Source of the DNA: a virus
DNA length: 44,492 nt
Direction: 5' to 3' (one strand)
Virus record (IMG/VR): IMGVR_UViG_3300045988_109867
Coordinates: 1-44,492 of that record
Position numbers and translations under genes: made by a program. Positions 42,875 to 44,492 of this stretch are shown piece after piece. The number at the start of each line of letters is the position of its first letter. Within the stretch, counting starts at the first letter, position 1. A model generated the notes under the pieces. The model was given only the letters and a program-made list of their open reading frames with translations, ran no database searches and was not told where the DNA came from.

Positions 42875-43090
42875 TTACGCAAGATTTTCATTAAAAAAAA
42901 TGTTCATTACTTCTGCATCGTTTAAATCCAGCTCTTTTCTTATAATTTGGATTTCATTTCTTGTAAAATCACTGGCGCCATTTATTTTCCTATACAACGA
43001 AGATTCGCTTATTCCAAGCAACTTAGCTAGTTTATTGTTGTTTATTTCCTTTTTCGCCATATGATATCTTAATAAATTTTTGTCTGTCAA
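42875..43090 (-). CDS. Cro-like HTH regulator (XRE family)
   Basis: TTG start with SD GGTGGTG 7 nt upstream. Contains NNKLAKLLGISESSLYRKING. Divergent from the repressor gene. Confidence 0.75.
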   Translation of the reverse strand: MTDKNLLRYHMAKKEINNNKLAKLLGISESSLYRKINGASDFTRNEIQIIRKELDLNDAEVMNIFFNENLA

Positions 43091-43114
43091 ATCTTTTCAC
43101 CACCTTTTACTTTT

Positions 43115-43226
43115 CTTGCGTTACTGCAAGTTCTTTAATTACATGATAACACCGTTTTTTTATATTGTCAATGCGTTTATGCAAGTTTTTTTTTATTATT
43201 TGCTTTTTTTCTTGCGTTTATGCAGT
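43115..43226. promoter_or_regulatory. three 16-bp dyad operators (consensus CTTGCGTTTATGCAAG) of the immunity switch
   Basis: O1 is 43115-43130 CTTGCGTTACTGCAAG. O2 is 43170-43185 AATGCGTTTATGCAAG. O3 is 43211-43226 CTTGCGTTTATGCAGT. Confidence 0.55.
43143..43171 (-). promoter_or_regulatory. early lytic promoter (PR-like) for the cro-like operon
   Basis: Minus strand reads TTGACA (43166-43171), 17 nt, TATCAT (43143-43148). Flanked by O1 and O2. Confidence 0.55.
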
Positions 43227-43240
43227 TTTTCTGCTATAAT
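43212..43240 (+). promoter_or_regulatory. repressor promoter (PRM-like)
   Basis: TTGCGT (43212-43217), 17 nt, TATAAT (43235-43240). The -35 element lies inside O3. Confidence 0.55.
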
Positions 43241-43266
43241 TAGAAGTGTAGAAAGGAGGTGAAAAA

Positions 43267-43908
43267 ATGAGCATAATAAAAGAAAACAGATTGAAATTAG
43301 GATTGACAATGGCTGAACTCGCTAAAAAAGTAGGTGTTAGTGAAGGTACAATTTCTAGATGGGAATCAGGAGATATAGCCAATATGAAGCAAAATAATAT
43401 TATTTCCGTTTCAAAGGCACTTGATATTTCCCCTTTAGATCTATTAGAATTTGATACTGTTGAGCAAACCAAGAAGAATGGTTTTGCTTATAAACTATTT
43501 CCTTGTTCTATTTCTGCTGGAGCCCTAGAGTTAATAGAGGGCGTTACAGATTATAAGTTAATAACTATTGCAGATACTATAATGGGCAAGTATGCTGGAA
43601 AGAAGGATATAATACTTTTAAAGGTTAACGGAGATAGCATGGATAAGGTTATTCCTAATGGTTCTTTAATAATGGTTGATACATCTAAGAAAAAACTTGA
43701 TGATATACACAACGGCGATATAGTGGTATTCAGCAATAACGGTGAATACTCTGTTAAAAGATTCTTTGATGACAGAGATAATAAACGTTTACTGTTTAAG
43801 CCTGACAGCCACAACGAACTATTTACAACCATAGAAATCAGATATGAATTAGCCTTAGACGTAAGGCTAATAGGAAAAGTTGTAAAATATATAGTTAATC
43901 TAGATTAA
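43267..43908 (+). CDS. CI/LexA-like repressor (XRE HTH plus S24 peptidase)
   Basis: LTMAELAKKVGVSEGTISRWESG HTH. VNGDSMDKVIPNGS contains the Ser and VKRF the Lys of the S24 dyad. SD AAAGGAGGTG. Confidence 0.9.
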   Translation: MSIIKENRLKLGLTMAELAKKVGVSEGTISRWESGDIANMKQNNIISVSKALDISPLDLLEFDTVEQTKKNGFAYKLFPCSISAGALELIEGVTDYKLITIADTIMGKYAGKKDIILLKVNGDSMDKVIPNGSLIMVDTSKKKLDDIHNGDIVVFSNNGEYSVKRFFDDRDNKRLLFKPDSHNELFTTIEIRYELALDVRLIGKVVKYIVNLD

Positions 43909-43923
43909 TTACATATTAAAGGA

Positions 43924-43950
43924 GGGAGTTCTAAGAACTCCCTTTTTTAT
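43924..43950 (+). terminator. rho-independent terminator after the repressor gene
   Basis: GGGAGTTC-TAA-GAACTCCC followed by T6. Confidence 0.8.
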
Positions 43951-44008
43951 TGCACTTTTATATTGTATAATAAAGCTATAAAATAAATTTCAAAACGGAG
44001 GTTTTATA

Positions 44009-44492
44009 ATGCGTAATAATGGTGGATGTGGTTGCGGCTCTTTTATAGGGCTTGTAGTTCTAATCTTTTTAGGATCTATGTTTTTTAGTTCTTGTGGTAA
44101 AAGCGACGAAGAAAAAGCAAGAGAAAAATTGGCAGATTGGAAAACGATAAACTTAGAAAGTGTGAACCCAGAAGATGCTAAGTTTAAAGAAGAATTGCAA
44201 AAACTTACAACAGTTCCTATAGAAATAGACTATACAAAGGAAACTAAGTTTATGCGTATAGATTTTAACACTGGGAAGGAAGATGTTTCTAGAGATGATT
44301 TGGAAAACTTTGCAGTTGATTCTGCAAAAATGATGGCAACTTTTTATAAAAATAAAAATATAGACAAAGTAGATTTTTCTATGAAAATTAAACTTGAAGA
44401 TGAGCGAGGACATAAAAATGATATAGTTGGTTCTTACGCAACATACACAAGTGAAAATATGAAAAATATAGAGTATAAAACATGGATAGAAA
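44009..44492 (+). CDS. 5' part of the lipoprotein gene (continues at 1-537 across the junction)
   Basis: SD GGAGG. The N-terminus MRNNGGCGCGSFIGLVVLIFLGSMFFSSCGK is a signal peptide with a lipobox-like FSSC. There is no stop before the window end. Confidence 0.65.
   Translation, partial: MRNNGGCGCGSFIGLVVLIFLGSMFFSSCGKSDEEKAREKLADWKTINLESVNPEDAKFKEELQKLTTVPIEIDYTKETKFMRIDFNTGKEDVSRDDLENFAVDSAKMMATFYKNKNIDKVDFSMKIKLEDERGHKNDIVGSYATYTSENMKNIEYKTWIE
44438..44492. repeat. exact 55-nt duplicate of window bases 1-55 (circularisation overlap)
   Basis: Base-by-base comparison of the two ends. Confidence 0.95.

Larger units (their letters stand above)
1..44437. mobile_element. complete circular phage-plasmid genome (temperate myovirus with Rep/ParA plasmid maintenance; no integrase found)
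   Basis: Full virion, lysis, immunity, recombination and replication modules plus an iteron ori, Rep and ParA. The window ends overlap exactly by 55 nt and an ORF is continuous across the junction. No recombinase-like ORF on either strand. Confidence 0.8.

Noticed and set aside
43218-43472. 84-aa minus-strand ORF across the immunity region
   Set aside because: It is antisense to the repressor gene and starts inside it. The Cro-like gene with its own SD is the real divergent partner.
44153-44413. 86-aa minus-strand ORF
   Set aside because: It is antisense to the lipoprotein ORF that runs across the junction, and its translation is low complexity.
1-44492. Integrase/excisionase, attP, tRNA genes, reverse transcriptase/DGR near the fibre genes, toxin-antitoxin pairs
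   Set aside because: I looked for them on both strands. No ORF has recombinase, RT or recognisable TA motifs, and no cloverleaf-like tRNA segment was noticed. Absence judged by eye is weaker than a tRNAscan/HMM search.

Overview
The window is one complete, circularly closed replicon of about 44.4 kb from a low-GC Firmicute (Clostridium-like codon usage). Bases 1-55 recur exactly at 44438-44492, so the unit length is 44,437 bp, and one ORF (44009 -> 537) crosses the junction. It is a temperate contractile-tailed phage (PBSX/Xkd-like tail, HK97-type head) that carries plasmid maintenance genes and no integrase, i.e. a phage-plasmid. The plus strand, contiguous across the junction, holds a CI/LexA-like repressor, a lipoprotein, an iteron origin with a Rep_3-like initiator, and ParA with a small partner. 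The minus strand, in transcription order, starts with a Cro-like regulator and a Rha antirepressor. Then come recombination genes (YqaJ exonuclease, RecT) and replication genes (DnaD-like initiator with internal iterons, DnaC-like loader, RusA, NdpA-like protein, SSB). Next are an ArpU-like late regulator, HNH-TerS-TerL-portal-ClpP protease-capsid, and head-tail joining genes. These are followed by sheath, tube, chaperone (-1 frameshift), tape measure, baseplate and fibres, and finally holin and amidase endolysin. The best candidate for an undescribed system is a separately promoted accessory operon (3539-8921). It encodes a Zn-ribbon protein, an SNF2 ATPase, an IbrA-like PAPS reductase, an IbrB-like ParB nuclease, a 58-aa HTH missing from the ORF track, and an acidic protein made of 26-aa tandem repeats. 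Its two promoters share one palindromic operator. Other notable points: (1) a baseplate muralytic gene interrupted by an in-frame TGA in the weak UGA-C context, followed by 192 start-less codons encoding an NlpC/P60 domain; (2) a duplicated phage-ori iteron array; (3) an 11-bp phased GTATCCA array ending in a perfect DnaA box; (4) a three-operator immunity switch. All family assignments come from motif recognition by eye; no database search was possible.
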